In this document: piece by piece, positions 48,659-58,723 of the stretch
Layout of the letters: the number at the start of each line of letters is the position of its first letter
How positions within the stretch are numbered: the first letter of the stretch is position 1
Source of the DNA: Promethearchaeota archaeon
GTDB taxonomy: Archaea > Asgardarchaeota > Heimdallarchaeia > Hodarchaeales > Hodarchaeaceae
Reading direction: 5' to 3'
Assembly: GCA_048938105.1 (NCBI GenBank)
Contig: JBHLMN010000009.1
Coordinates: 160,001-224,000 of the forward strand
Length of the DNA stretch: 64,000 nucleotides
Notes under the pieces: model-generated
The model's input: only the letters and a program-made list of their open reading frames with translations
Database searches by the model: none
What the model was told of the DNA's origin: nothing
Translations under genes and position numbers: made by a program

Positions 48659-50815
48659 TCATTTTATGGTTTCTATGATGTCATCCGTGTCTTTTAGAAT
48701 TGTTTTCACGGATGTCACAACATTCTCTGTGTTGGTGGTGACGTTCATTGTAAGCGTTTCAGAGGCAGTATCAATAGCTGTATTTAGTTCTTCAAATTTA
48801 ATATCTAAAGTACGACGCTGATCATCTACTCCCTCACGATGATTCCGATTAGCCTCTAGGAATGAATCAAGACTTTGCTGTTGATCATCAAAGAAACGAG
48901 TAAACTTCTCTTGGAGATTATCTCGATAATTATCAACAATCTCTATATTCTTATTAAGTTCTTTGGTAGCATTAGCTCGGAACTTTGCAATTGAGCTTTT
49001 ATGCTCATCCTCTAATCCTTCAATAAGGTCTTTTGTACTCTGTTCACTGGTTTTTACATTTTCATCTAACTTGTGATGAGTTTCACCGACAATTGATCTA
49101 ATTGAACTCATTCCATCTTGCTCAATAGCAGTTACTTGTTTCCTAAGATCATCAAATGCTGCAGTACTTGTCCTTGTTACTTCAGATTTCTTATCCTCGA
49201 TGTATTCTAGATTTGATTCGATATGATCTTCAGCTGCAGGTGAGATGCTACTAATAGTAGTGACCAATTCACTCTGTTTAGTTCGCAAGGTACTCCGAAT
49301 GTCTGTGAGTGTAGTTTCGATATTTTTTTCCTGACCAGATTGAAGAGTTCTAAATGATTCATTTACAGTATCTCCTAATTGATCAAGTGTACTTGCGTTT
49401 TTGCTAATTGTAACACCGATAATTGTTTCTGTATTATCAAAAAAATCCATCAGAGAAACATCTATATCAGAAGCAGTTTTATCAAACTTAGTCGCTGTAG
49501 TCTCCTTGTATTGAACTATTGATGAATCTATAGCACTGAATCTATCTTCAACAGCATTCATTAAACTAGAATACATATTCTCACGGGTCTTCTTATACTC
49601 ATCGGAGACTTTAGAAATGACTCCTGAGACCTGATCCTCGAGTTGTTTTCCTATACCACCGATTTTATTTAAATTACTTACGAGAAGGCCATCTAAACTC
49701 CCTTTCATCTCCTCACGGGCACTGGTTAATCGAGAAATAAGCGCATCAATTTGATTAAGAATCGAATCTTGGAATTTAGTGAATGAAAGGGTAATATTGT
49801 CAATTTCATTATATAAATTTGTCATAAGCTGGTTTTCTAGGTCTGTTAACATATTAGTCTGGGAGTTTTCATTCGATTCCAAAATATTCTGAAAAGTTTT
49901 AGCAGATGTTTCTTTAATCGTGGAGAGAGCACTTGAATGTTCCTCTTGTACCGATTTCCAATCCTCAATCGCTTCAAGTAATTGGTTCTCAATCCTAGCC
50001 TTAACATCTGACTTTGCTTTTATTACTGCTTCATGAATGGCTTTTTGCATCTCTGTATTGTTGGATTTTTGACTTGTAAGACTTTCTTCAAGATTGTTCA
50101 TCACCCCATCGATACCTGCTAATAAATCTTCTTTAGCCATCTCTAACCGCCCCACAGAGTCACTGACGGTGCCTGCAAAGATTGCATCGACATTAGTTTC
50201 TTTGGAGTCACTAAGGTCTCTAATTTTAGCTCGAAACTCATTTAATGATTCTATAAATGAGGAGGCAATACTCTCAGTCATTTCTCGTTGATTAGCACTT
50301 TCACTTTCAACTGTACTGACAATGTCACGTTGTATCTGTGATAATTTATTAGAAATAGAATCTTCAAATTCAGAGATTTGATCCCGTTGAGTAGAATAAA
50401 TATCACTCAAACCAGTGTTGACTTTTCCCGCCATTTGAGAATAAATAGAAGAGACATCTTCTTCCTGTTGTGTTGATAAATTAATCATTGCTTTCTGAAG
50501 TGTCTGAACACCAGAACTGATTTGTCCTAATAAATTGTTCAAGCGGTCGTTTAATGCAGCTTTATCTGAAAGTAGGGTTTTTTTCTTATAATCCTCTAAT
50601 TCTCTTGTAAAATTATCGATACTATTCATTAAAATGTTGATTTCAGAAAGAGTACTATCCTTGGATTTGGCTAAACTGTTAGTAAAACTTTCCAATGCCT
50701 TTTTACTTTCTTTTCCAAAATCAAGAATCCTTTTCTGAAGTTGACTATTTTCACTTTCAATTTTTGCTTTATGGTCTTTTATTCTACTAATTTTTTCATC
50801 CTGTTCTGTACTCAT
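48659..50815 (-). CDS. All-helical hendecad coiled-coil protein (718 aa from ATG 50815; 721 aa in the ORF track)
   Basis: About 57 consecutive in-register 11-mers, one proline; GGGTGA RBS before ATG 50815. Confidence 0.85.
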   Translation of the reverse strand: MSTEQDEKISRIKDHKAKIESENSQLQKRILDFGKESKKALESFTNSLAKSKDSTLSEINILMNSIDNFTRELEDYKKKTLLSDKAALNDRLNNLLGQISSGVQTLQKAMINLSTQQEEDVSSIYSQMAGKVNTGLSDIYSTQRDQISEFEDSISNKLSQIQRDIVSTVESESANQREMTESIASSFIESLNEFRAKIRDLSDSKETNVDAIFAGTVSDSVGRLEMAKEDLLAGIDGVMNNLEESLTSQKSNNTEMQKAIHEAVIKAKSDVKARIENQLLEAIEDWKSVQEEHSSALSTIKETSAKTFQNILESNENSQTNMLTDLENQLMTNLYNEIDNITLSFTKFQDSILNQIDALISRLTSAREEMKGSLDGLLVSNLNKIGGIGKQLEDQVSGVISKVSDEYKKTRENMYSSLMNAVEDRFSAIDSSIVQYKETTATKFDKTASDIDVSLMDFFDNTETIIGVTISKNASTLDQLGDTVNESFRTLQSGQEKNIETTLTDIRSTLRTKQSELVTTISSISPAAEDHIESNLEYIEDKKSEVTRTSTAAFDDLRKQVTAIEQDGMSSIRSIVGETHHKLDENVKTSEQSTKDLIEGLEDEHKSSIAKFRANATKELNKNIEIVDNYRDNLQEKFTRFFDDQQQSLDSFLEANRNHREGVDDQRRTLDIKFEELNTAIDTASETLTMNVTTNTENVVTSVKTILKDTDDIIETIK

Positions 50816-50827
50816 AATTCTCACCCG

Positions 50828-52558
50828 TTAAATATTGGTTTCGGGAGAAGTCTCCACCGATTTAGGTGTTGTACTTTTTAACAGATTTTTAAAGAATTTA
50901 GCTTGTGTAACGGAAGAATAAGTTTTAATAGCTTTATTTGCTGCATCTGTGGCTGAATTAATATCATCTGCTCCTTCAAACAGTTTGAAAGCATGGTAAT
51001 ATGATGATCGGGCCAATTCCAATTGTTTCTGCTTATCATATCTTTCCGCATTTTGCAGATACAGCATTGCCGTACGTTGGCTGATATCTTTACGTTTCCG
51101 CTCATTCTTAACAAGACGATAAGATTCGATACTTTTTCGATAAAGAGCCACTGTATACGGGGTCTTTTCCTGATTGTAAAACTCTTGGGCACATTCTTCA
51201 AAGAAAATCCCGCTACCCTCCGTATCTTTCGCCATTCGTAAAAAATTACCTGTTAATAATGCTAAACGATATGCTTCATAGAATTTCCTGGCCTCAAAAG
51301 CACTTTGGTAAAGAGACTTTGTTCGGTTAGGGATAGATTTGTCTTCCAGCCTCTCTGTTGAGTATGATGCTTGTTCTAACCGTTCTAGAACCTTTGGATT
51401 TATTTCAAATCCCATCATCATATCTGCTTCGAGAATCTGTAATAATAAACTAGCTTCAGCCTTCAAATCTACAACTGAAAGTCCAGAACCTAAAAGAGAA
51501 AACATGGCATAACTTGAAAATTGGTAGTAATCACCTAGTTTTATGATTAAACCTTTAGTTTCTAACTTATTAATAGCCTCTTTTGGAGTTCTTGCTGAGT
51601 CAAATGTATCCTGTGGAATAGCATTTCGAGGAGAGCTTAACATTACTTGAAGTACGAGGTTTTCTTCTTCATCAATTTTATATACATCCTGAAGAAATGC
51701 GCGGAGAGCAAAAGTACGAATGAAGGATTGAGCTATTTCTTGGATTGAGCTCTCACTTTCATCCAATCCTTCTCGTTCAATTTTATCTTCAGCCCATCGT
51801 ACGACATCTACGATGAAAACAAGGTTAAATGGTGAACGATCGCTTTGTTTCACAAGTTCATCACGCAATTGACTACTGCTTTGCAATTTTCCGTGAGCAA
51901 TTTTTGAAAGAAGAAGTTTTGAGTCAGAAAAATCTAATCTGTCCAATACAAAGTGCTCACTAATTTGGACAAGCTCTTTAATCTCGTTTAAGTTATACTC
52001 TTGGATTGTACCAATAAATAATAACTGTGGAAACCTGCTTTGAAGAACTTTTAGCAGGTCTACTAACCCATCAATGACATATTTTTGTCCAGAATCCAAT
52101 ATCCGGTCAAGAGGATCTAATGCAATTACGATTGGAGATTTAGGGGGACGAGCAGTTAAATTATTCGAAAAATTGCCGATTATTTCAGACATTTTAGATT
52201 TCGGAGAAAATAATTTTATCTCCTCTTCCCTTGATTTCTTAAGGAAACCCTTCTTTTCTTCTGTTAAATGAGGTGAAATTACTTGATAAACATCACGGAA
52301 TAAGTTGCGATTCATTTTCCCGCCCATTCCGATTGAAACTTGACCAAAAGCCATCATCTCATTTCTAATGATCTCAGCAAATACATTCAGTAAGCTGGTT
52401 TTCCCAATACCTGGTGATCCTGAAATGAGAACAAAATTTTCCTTTAGTTTTTTTTCTTTAAAATCGGACAATATCGTTTCAAAGCGTTTCTCGTAACTTC
52501 GACGACCAACGACTAAATGGGGCTCACATGGCTTTAAAAAACTATCATAAGGACACAT
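50828..52558 (-). CDS. STAND/AAA_16-like P-loop ATPase with winged helix and C-terminal TPR/SNAP-like helical repeats
   Basis: VVGRR, GSPGIGKTS, IALDPLD, SPFNL, LETKGLI..YYQF, Ala/Tyr-rich helical repeats. Confidence 0.8.
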   Translation of the reverse strand: MCPYDSFLKPCEPHLVVGRRSYEKRFETILSDFKEKKLKENFVLISGSPGIGKTSLLNVFAEIIRNEMMAFGQVSIGMGGKMNRNLFRDVYQVISPHLTEEKKGFLKKSREEEIKLFSPKSKMSEIIGNFSNNLTARPPKSPIVIALDPLDRILDSGQKYVIDGLVDLLKVLQSRFPQLLFIGTIQEYNLNEIKELVQISEHFVLDRLDFSDSKLLLSKIAHGKLQSSSQLRDELVKQSDRSPFNLVFIVDVVRWAEDKIEREGLDESESSIQEIAQSFIRTFALRAFLQDVYKIDEEENLVLQVMLSSPRNAIPQDTFDSARTPKEAINKLETKGLIIKLGDYYQFSSYAMFSLLGSGLSVVDLKAEASLLLQILEADMMMGFEINPKVLERLEQASYSTERLEDKSIPNRTKSLYQSAFEARKFYEAYRLALLTGNFLRMAKDTEGSGIFFEECAQEFYNQEKTPYTVALYRKSIESYRLVKNERKRKDISQRTAMLYLQNAERYDKQKQLELARSSYYHAFKLFEGADDINSATDAANKAIKTYSSVTQAKFFKNLLKSTTPKSVETSPETNI

Positions 52559-52947
52559 GTGGAGTAACCTCGGTTACAACAACTAGTTTGTACTTCAGTT
52601 ATAAAAAATTTCACGAAAACAGTCGTAAATACTCATTAAAAAATCAACAAGCTTTTGAAGCTTTTTAGCAAAATTTGTGCCAACGATTTGGAATAACATG
52701 AAAAAAAATAAAGAGAAGACCAATGTCTAGATAAAGAGAAAAATACAGTTTCAGACTTAATTCAGTTATAATCAAGACGAAAGAATATGCTTTTAATAGT
52801 TTTTAAGTGGTTAAAAGTATTTTAAAAAAATTCTATAAATAATTGGAAAAAGTGCAAAGCTAAGGTAATTTCTAAGATAAATCTTCACACATTCAGCCTC
52901 ATGATCTACAAACTATAGAATTTGCTTATTAATACGGAGAAATAGAT

Positions 52948-55701
52948 ATGAAAGATGGACTTGCCACGTCCTACGAACATCATGACCTTGAAGAAGAAAT
53001 CTATCAATGGTGGGAAAGAGAGGGCTTCTTCAAACCTGATAAACAAATTGAATTGGGATTAGTAGATAGAAAAAAGAGCCCCAGATTTTGTATCACTATT
53101 CCATTACCAAATGTAACGGGAATTTTACATTTAGGTCATGCAGTCACTATATCCATTGAAGATCTCATGACTCGATATGAACGGATGAAACAAAAAGAAG
53201 CATTATTCATACCTGGTACTGATCACGCGGGAATTGCAACACAAAACGTGGTTGAAAGAGAGTTATTAAAGCAAGGAATTAAGAGAAAAGACTTGGGCCG
53301 TGAAAAATTTGTTGAAAAAGTGTGGGAATGGAAGGATATATATCAAGCTCGAATAACAGAACAGTCAAAACGAATGGGAATGAGTAGCGACTGGAACCGT
53401 GAACATTTTACGCTGGATCCAGGTTATGCGGAAGCTGTTCGAGAGGCTTTTTATCGATTATATACCAAAGGCTTGATTTATAGAGGAGAATACATGATAA
53501 ATTGGTGTCCTCGGTGTGAATCCGCTATTTCTGATCTAGAAACTGAATCTGAGGAAAAAGCAAGCCACTTATGGTATATCAAATATCCAATTGTAGGTGA
53601 GAGTTGGGAAAAACCCATTCATGAATGGGGAAGCGGAAAGTGGGCCGAAGGCGCATCAGATTTCATTGTAGTAGCTACAACTCGGCCTGAGACTCTTTTA
53701 GGGGATACAGCTGTTGCCATAGCAGCAGATCATAAGGAATATGGAAAATTTGTTACTAAGAAAGCTATCCTACCTGTAAATGCTCGAGAGATTCCAATAC
53801 TCGTTGATGATTATGTAGATCCTGAATTTGGAACAGGAGCATTAAAAATTACCCCTGGCCATGATCCTAATGACTTCGAAATTGGCCAAAAACACAATTT
53901 AGAAGTAATAACTGTTCTAGATGAAGCAGTAACTATGCTTCCTGAATATTCAGGTCCTTATGCTGGAATGGACCGATTTGAATGTCGGGAAGCAATTGTT
54001 AAAGATTTAGAAAAAGAAGGGTTATTGGAAAAAATCGAACCCTATCTTCATCAAGAACCTTATTGTCAAAGATGTCACACTTTAGTTGAACCAAGAATTT
54101 CTATTCAATGGTTTGTCAGAACCAAACCTCTAGCAGAAGCAGCTATGGCCAAAGTCCGAAAGAAAAAAACAATAATTATTCCTAAAAGGGAAGAAAAGAG
54201 ATTTTTCCAATGGATGGAGAATATTCATGATTGGTGCATAAGTAGACAACTTTGGTGGGGGCATAGGATACCAATATGGTATTGTACTGATTGTTCTGAA
54301 GAGATCTGTCCTCCTCCAGATATAGATGCCCCTCAAAAATGTCCAAAATGTAGTAGTAGCAATTTGACACAAGAAGAAGATGTTTTAGATACATGGTTTT
54401 CGAGTGGGTTATGGCCCTATGCAACACTGGGTTGGCCAAATATTAAGAGTGTAGATTATCAACGATTTTACCCCACAAGCACTCGTGAAACAGGTTATGA
54501 CATTTTATTTTTTTGGGTCGCCAGAGAAATGATGTTAGGGATTGAACTGACAGGGAAGGTACCTTATGAGACAGTCTATCTCCATGGGCTCATTCGAGAT
54601 GAGAGAGGTAGGAAGATTAGTAAGTCTATGGAGGATGTCGATAAATATGATCCATTACATATCATATCTGAACATGGAGCCGATTCATTACGATATGTTC
54701 TAATATCTAATAGTATTCCTGGTATAGACACAAATCTAGATCCAAGACAACTGGATAGTGCTCATCACTTTCTAAATAAAATTTGGCAATCAACTCGTTT
54801 TGTACTCAATAATATCCAAAAAGATGAAAAAATCCAAAAAATAAATGAAATCAAGAATGAAGACTTCAGTATTCCTGATAAATGGATTTTATCCCGATTA
54901 AATCAACTTGTAAGAACAGTTTCAGAATGTATGGAGTCATTTGATTACCTAGGGGCCTCACGCGAAATTAAGAACTTCTATTGGAATGAATTCTGTGACT
55001 GGTACATTGAAATATCTAAAATTCGTCTATATAGTGAAAATGAAGAAGAGAAGATCATTCCTAAAGCTATTTTGGTCCATATTTTAGATATTACATTTAA
55101 ATTACTACACCCGATTATTCCGTTTATTACTGAAAAATTATGGCAGAATCTACCTGCTAATATTAGAAGTGGACCAGCATTAATTGTTGCTAAATGGCCA
55201 GAATATGCTGATACGTTCATTGATGAAAAACTGGAGGAGGAGTTCCAGTTCACAACAGACTTAGTTCATGAAATAAGGCGCATTAGGGCTGTCTTTAACG
55301 TTGGATTAAGTAAAAAAATCCCCCTACAAATAAAAACAGGTGAAAATATCAATTCATTCGAAAAAACAAGAAGAGAAATAATTGCTTTAGCGAAAATCGA
55401 TCCCTCGAAAATTACAGTTTCATCTGAAGTAGAACCACCAAAACGAGCTGCTCGAGTTGTCATACCTGGTTTAACTGCATACATTCCTCTAGAAGAATTA
55501 ATTGACCTAGAAAAAGAGAAGAGAAAAGTAGAAAAACAATTAACCAAAGTTAAAAAGAATATAGAACAGAAATCTAGAAAATTAAAAGGCCCCTTTGCGC
55601 ACAAAGCACCTCCTGAGATCGTAGAAAAAGAAGAAGAGAAATTGGCAGAATTAAGAAGTAAAAAATCTCAATTAAAAGAACAATTAGAGATATTAACATA
55701 A
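52948..55701 (+). CDS. valS: Valine--tRNA ligase, bacterial type with C-terminal coiled-coil arm
   Basis: PNVTGILHLGH, GTDHAGIATQ, ATTRPET, DWCISRQLWWGHRIP, KISKS, LIDLEKE..KAPPEIVEKE. Confidence 0.96.
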   Translation: MKDGLATSYEHHDLEEEIYQWWEREGFFKPDKQIELGLVDRKKSPRFCITIPLPNVTGILHLGHAVTISIEDLMTRYERMKQKEALFIPGTDHAGIATQNVVERELLKQGIKRKDLGREKFVEKVWEWKDIYQARITEQSKRMGMSSDWNREHFTLDPGYAEAVREAFYRLYTKGLIYRGEYMINWCPRCESAISDLETESEEKASHLWYIKYPIVGESWEKPIHEWGSGKWAEGASDFIVVATTRPETLLGDTAVAIAADHKEYGKFVTKKAILPVNAREIPILVDDYVDPEFGTGALKITPGHDPNDFEIGQKHNLEVITVLDEAVTMLPEYSGPYAGMDRFECREAIVKDLEKEGLLEKIEPYLHQEPYCQRCHTLVEPRISIQWFVRTKPLAEAAMAKVRKKKTIIIPKREEKRFFQWMENIHDWCISRQLWWGHRIPIWYCTDCSEEICPPPDIDAPQKCPKCSSSNLTQEEDVLDTWFSSGLWPYATLGWPNIKSVDYQRFYPTSTRETGYDILFFWVAREMMLGIELTGKVPYETVYLHGLIRDERGRKISKSMEDVDKYDPLHIISEHGADSLRYVLISNSIPGIDTNLDPRQLDSAHHFLNKIWQSTRFVLNNIQKDEKIQKINEIKNEDFSIPDKWILSRLNQLVRTVSECMESFDYLGASREIKNFYWNEFCDWYIEISKIRLYSENEEEKIIPKAILVHILDITFKLLHPIIPFITEKLWQNLPANIRSGPALIVAKWPEYADTFIDEKLEEEFQFTTDLVHEIRRIRAVFNVGLSKKIPLQIKTGENINSFEKTRREIIALAKIDPSKITVSSEVEPPKRAARVVIPGLTAYIPLEELIDLEKEKRKVEKQLTKVKKNIEQKSRKLKGPFAHKAPPEIVEKEEEKLAELRSKKSQLKEQLEILT

Positions 55702-55831
55702 GTTAAATCTTTAGGGGAGATGGATTGATGATTACTCACTTCATTCTTGAATGTATTAACCAGATTTATTCACTTAATTTCAAACTACTTAACTCACAAG
55801 CAATATAACTTATTGGAATATTTCATCGGTT

Positions 55832-56294
55832 ATGTCGCAAAATTACTGTTATAATTTTGTGTGCTATTCTGATCGCTTAGTTGATTTATTAATACATAAT
55901 AAAATCACTCCTGTTGTGAATCAGGTTGAAACGCATCCCTTTTGCCAACAGATTGAAAGTGCTAGAATAATGAAAGAAAATGACGTTCAAATAGAATCAT
56001 GGGCTCCACTTGCAGAAGGTAAAAGTAATATCTTCCAAAATGAACTATTACAGACGATTGATGATAAATATGAAAAAACAGTTGTCCAGGTTATTTTACG
56101 TTGGTTGATACAAAGAGAAATTATTGTGATTCCGAAATCAATTCATAAAAAACGGATTATTGAAAATATTAGTTTTTTTAGCCAGTGAAGATATGAATCA
56201 AATCTCAACATTAGATACGAAAAAATCTTGTTTCCTCTCACATCGTGATCCAAAAGTAGTAAAATTGATTGGAAAACTAAAACGAGATATTTAG
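55832..56294 (+). pseudogene. Aldo/keto reductase (2,5-DKG reductase-like) 3' remnant, 5'-truncated and frameshifted
   Basis: DRLVDL..PVVNQVETHPF..ESWAPLAEG..VIPKS; after a shift near 56175 continues SEDMNQISTLDTKKSCFLSHRDPKVVK to TAG 56294; N-terminal catalytic half missing. Confidence 0.8.
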
Positions 56295-56369
56295 CAATCA
56301 TCACATAATTCAAAAATAAGGAGACAAAGAGATTTAGAGGATTAAAAAACAATAAAGAAGGATTATCAA

Positions 56370-56840
56370 ATGTTCCAGAACCATCAAATTTTGATAGCCT
56401 ACTATTCTCACTCCGGAAATACACATAAAATTGCTCAGAGGATCAAAGAGATTGTTGGAGGGGAACTCTTTCGGATTGAACCTGTTAAATCTTATCCTGA
56501 AAGTTATCAAGAGGTATTAAAAGTAGCTAAGAAGGAAATAGGTCAAAATTATAAACCTCCATTAAAAAATAAGGTGAAAAACATCGATAAATTCGATATT
56601 ATTTACATTGGTTCCCCAAATTGGTATAGTACGATAGCTCCACCAGTCACATCATTTCTATCAGCACATAATTTCTCTGGAAAAAAAATTATTCCATTTA
56701 TCTCTCATGGTGGAGGAGGAAAGGGACTTTGTATTCCTAACCTCAAAAAAATGGTTCCTAATGCAATTATTCTTGAAGGTATCGTTGTTTATGGAAGCAA
56801 TGTTAAATCTCTAAACATAAAAACAGTAAAAATTCAATAA
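56370..56840 (+). CDS. Flavodoxin, possibly C-terminally truncated
   Basis: YYSHSGNT, IGSPNWYSTIAPPV, PFISHGGGG. Confidence 0.88.
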   Translation: MFQNHQILIAYYSHSGNTHKIAQRIKEIVGGELFRIEPVKSYPESYQEVLKVAKKEIGQNYKPPLKNKVKNIDKFDIIYIGSPNWYSTIAPPVTSFLSAHNFSGKKIIPFISHGGGGKGLCIPNLKKMVPNAIILEGIVVYGSNVKSLNIKTVKIQ

Positions 56841-56871
56841 GCGATCAAGATCAATGTGAAAGTAAATTGGT

Positions 56872-58143
56872 TTGAGACAAATGAAATCAGATTTTTTAAG
56901 TTTAACAAAGATAAGTTATGTTCTAATATTTGGAGCTAGTATTGGTAATTTAGCAGCAGGCTTAATTGAACCAACTGTTGCTCCATATTTAGAAATTCTT
57001 GGGTCTAGTTCTGAAGTCATTGGAATTATTTTAAGTGCTCGTTGGCTTATGGTAGCCATTTTCTCACTACCCTTAGCTTTATTTGCTTCAAGATTTGGTT
57101 TGAAACGTTTTTTATATTTTGCAGCAATTTTCATGATGTTAGGAGGATATATGATTTTCTCTGGAGGAAGAAATGGAGTTTACTGGTTTTATTTGTCGAT
57201 TGGTATTGTTAGTTCAGTTTTTAATGGTCCAGGAGTTGCTATTCTTGCTGAGAATAAAGGTTCAAAACGTATTGCAGCACTTAGCTTATTTTATGCCACT
57301 TGGATGATCCCAACGGGCGTAGGAGCCCTTATATCTACATTCTGGTTTTGGGGGGTCGATTCTTATACACCCGATAACTTATCAAGTATTTTTCCTGTAG
57401 CAATGATATTTATGATTATTGGAGGAGTATTATTCTTATTCTTATTATTTGTATTGAATAGACAAACAAAATCTCAGACGAATTCAAAAAATGGAACTAA
57501 ATTATATGATGCTAAAACTTCCGTAATTAGCCAATTTCAAATTCTATTTGCTCCCACAATAGCTTTACCGCTGATTTTATTAATTTTCGCTGAATTCATA
57601 TCTGGAGCTGGCGCTGGGTCAAGTATCCCTTATTTAACTCCATATTTAAAAAGTTTGGGCGCTACACCGAGTGAATTATCTATATTAGTTGTTATAATGA
57701 ATATTTTTATCGGTTTTGCGACGCAATTAACCCCATTTTTTGCGAAAACTTTTGGAGATCTAAGAGTTATTGCTACAACAATATTGTTATCTGTTGTTTG
57801 TTTATTGGGAATTGTTTTTTCAGATTACATGATGTTATCTGCAATATTCTATGTTCTTCGTGGAACGTTTGCTAATATGAGTGTTCCGATTTCTCAATCA
57901 AGAATGCTTACATATATTGATTCACGTACTCGAGCTACTGGAGCTGCTACTTGCTCAACAATTAGATGGATTGGTTGGGTGTTATTTTCTCCTGTCTCCG
58001 GTAGGATTATTGATAATTATGGTTACAATGTTGCCTTTATATTTACAGCTATAATATATACAGTTTATTTGATCATATTTCTAAGCGTTATTACTCGATT
58101 TAAGCCATTAGAAGAAGATGAAAAAGAAGAATCTTCAATTTAG
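56872..58143 (+). CDS. MFS transporter; likely start ATG 56881
   Basis: ~12 TM, ASRFGLKR, GRIIDNYGY. Confidence 0.88.
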   Translation: MRQMKSDFLSLTKISYVLIFGASIGNLAAGLIEPTVAPYLEILGSSSEVIGIILSARWLMVAIFSLPLALFASRFGLKRFLYFAAIFMMLGGYMIFSGGRNGVYWFYLSIGIVSSVFNGPGVAILAENKGSKRIAALSLFYATWMIPTGVGALISTFWFWGVDSYTPDNLSSIFPVAMIFMIIGGVLFLFLLFVLNRQTKSQTNSKNGTKLYDAKTSVISQFQILFAPTIALPLILLIFAEFISGAGAGSSIPYLTPYLKSLGATPSELSILVVIMNIFIGFATQLTPFFAKTFGDLRVIATTILLSVVCLLGIVFSDYMMLSAIFYVLRGTFANMSVPISQSRMLTYIDSRTRATGAATCSTIRWIGWVLFSPVSGRIIDNYGYNVAFIFTAIIYTVYLIIFLSVITRFKPLEEDEKEESSI

Positions 58144-58196
58144 CTAATTCTGTGAAGATTTTGTAATTTAACTGGTATTTAAGGAGAATAAAAAAA

Positions 58197-58601
58197 ATGA
58201 ATGAATTAAATGATTTGAGTAAAAGTGTGATATTTCCCAAAGGAGAAAAAGCTACAAGCGACTATTTCACTGGGAATGTGTGGGTTCAAATGTTAGTGAC
58301 AGAAGATTTTTTTAATTGTCCAGTATACAATGTGACCTTTGAACCAAAAGCAAGAACTAAATGGCATTCACATCCAGGAGGTCAAATTCTTCTTGTAACA
58401 GGAGGTAAAGGATATTATCAAGAAGAAGGCAAACCAGCACAATCGCTTCAGGAAGGAGATGTTGTGAAAATACCGCCAAATGTGAAACATTGGCATGGGG
58501 CATCAAAAAATAGTTGGTTTGTTCATGTTGGAATAAGTACGAATCCTAATTTAGGAAATGCTGAATGGTACGGACCAGTAACAGAGGAGGAATATCAATG
58601 A
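58197..58601 (+). CDS. Cupin domain protein
   Basis: WHSHPGGQIL, HWHGA. Confidence 0.9.
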   Translation: MNELNDLSKSVIFPKGEKATSDYFTGNVWVQMLVTEDFFNCPVYNVTFEPKARTKWHSHPGGQILLVTGGKGYYQEEGKPAQSLQEGDVVKIPPNVKHWHGASKNSWFVHVGISTNPNLGNAEWYGPVTEEEYQ

Positions 58602-58669
58602 AAGCAGCAATATTCAGAGGTAAGGGTAAGATAGTGATTGAAGAGCGACCAAACGAAAAAAAGCTTTAA
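58598..58669 (+). pseudogene. 5' stub of a zinc-dependent alcohol dehydrogenase
   Basis: ATGA overlap with cupin stop; MKAAIFRGKGKIVIEERP then stop. Confidence 0.6.
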
Positions 58670-58723
58670 TTGCATATTATTCCCGAAGAGGGAATAATTA
58701 TGCAAATAGACTGATTAACAAGG

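Noticed and set aside
52559-52947. Possible T-box leader upstream of bacterial-type valS
   Set aside because: No T-box consensus (AAxxxGGTGGxACC) or terminator/antiterminator visible
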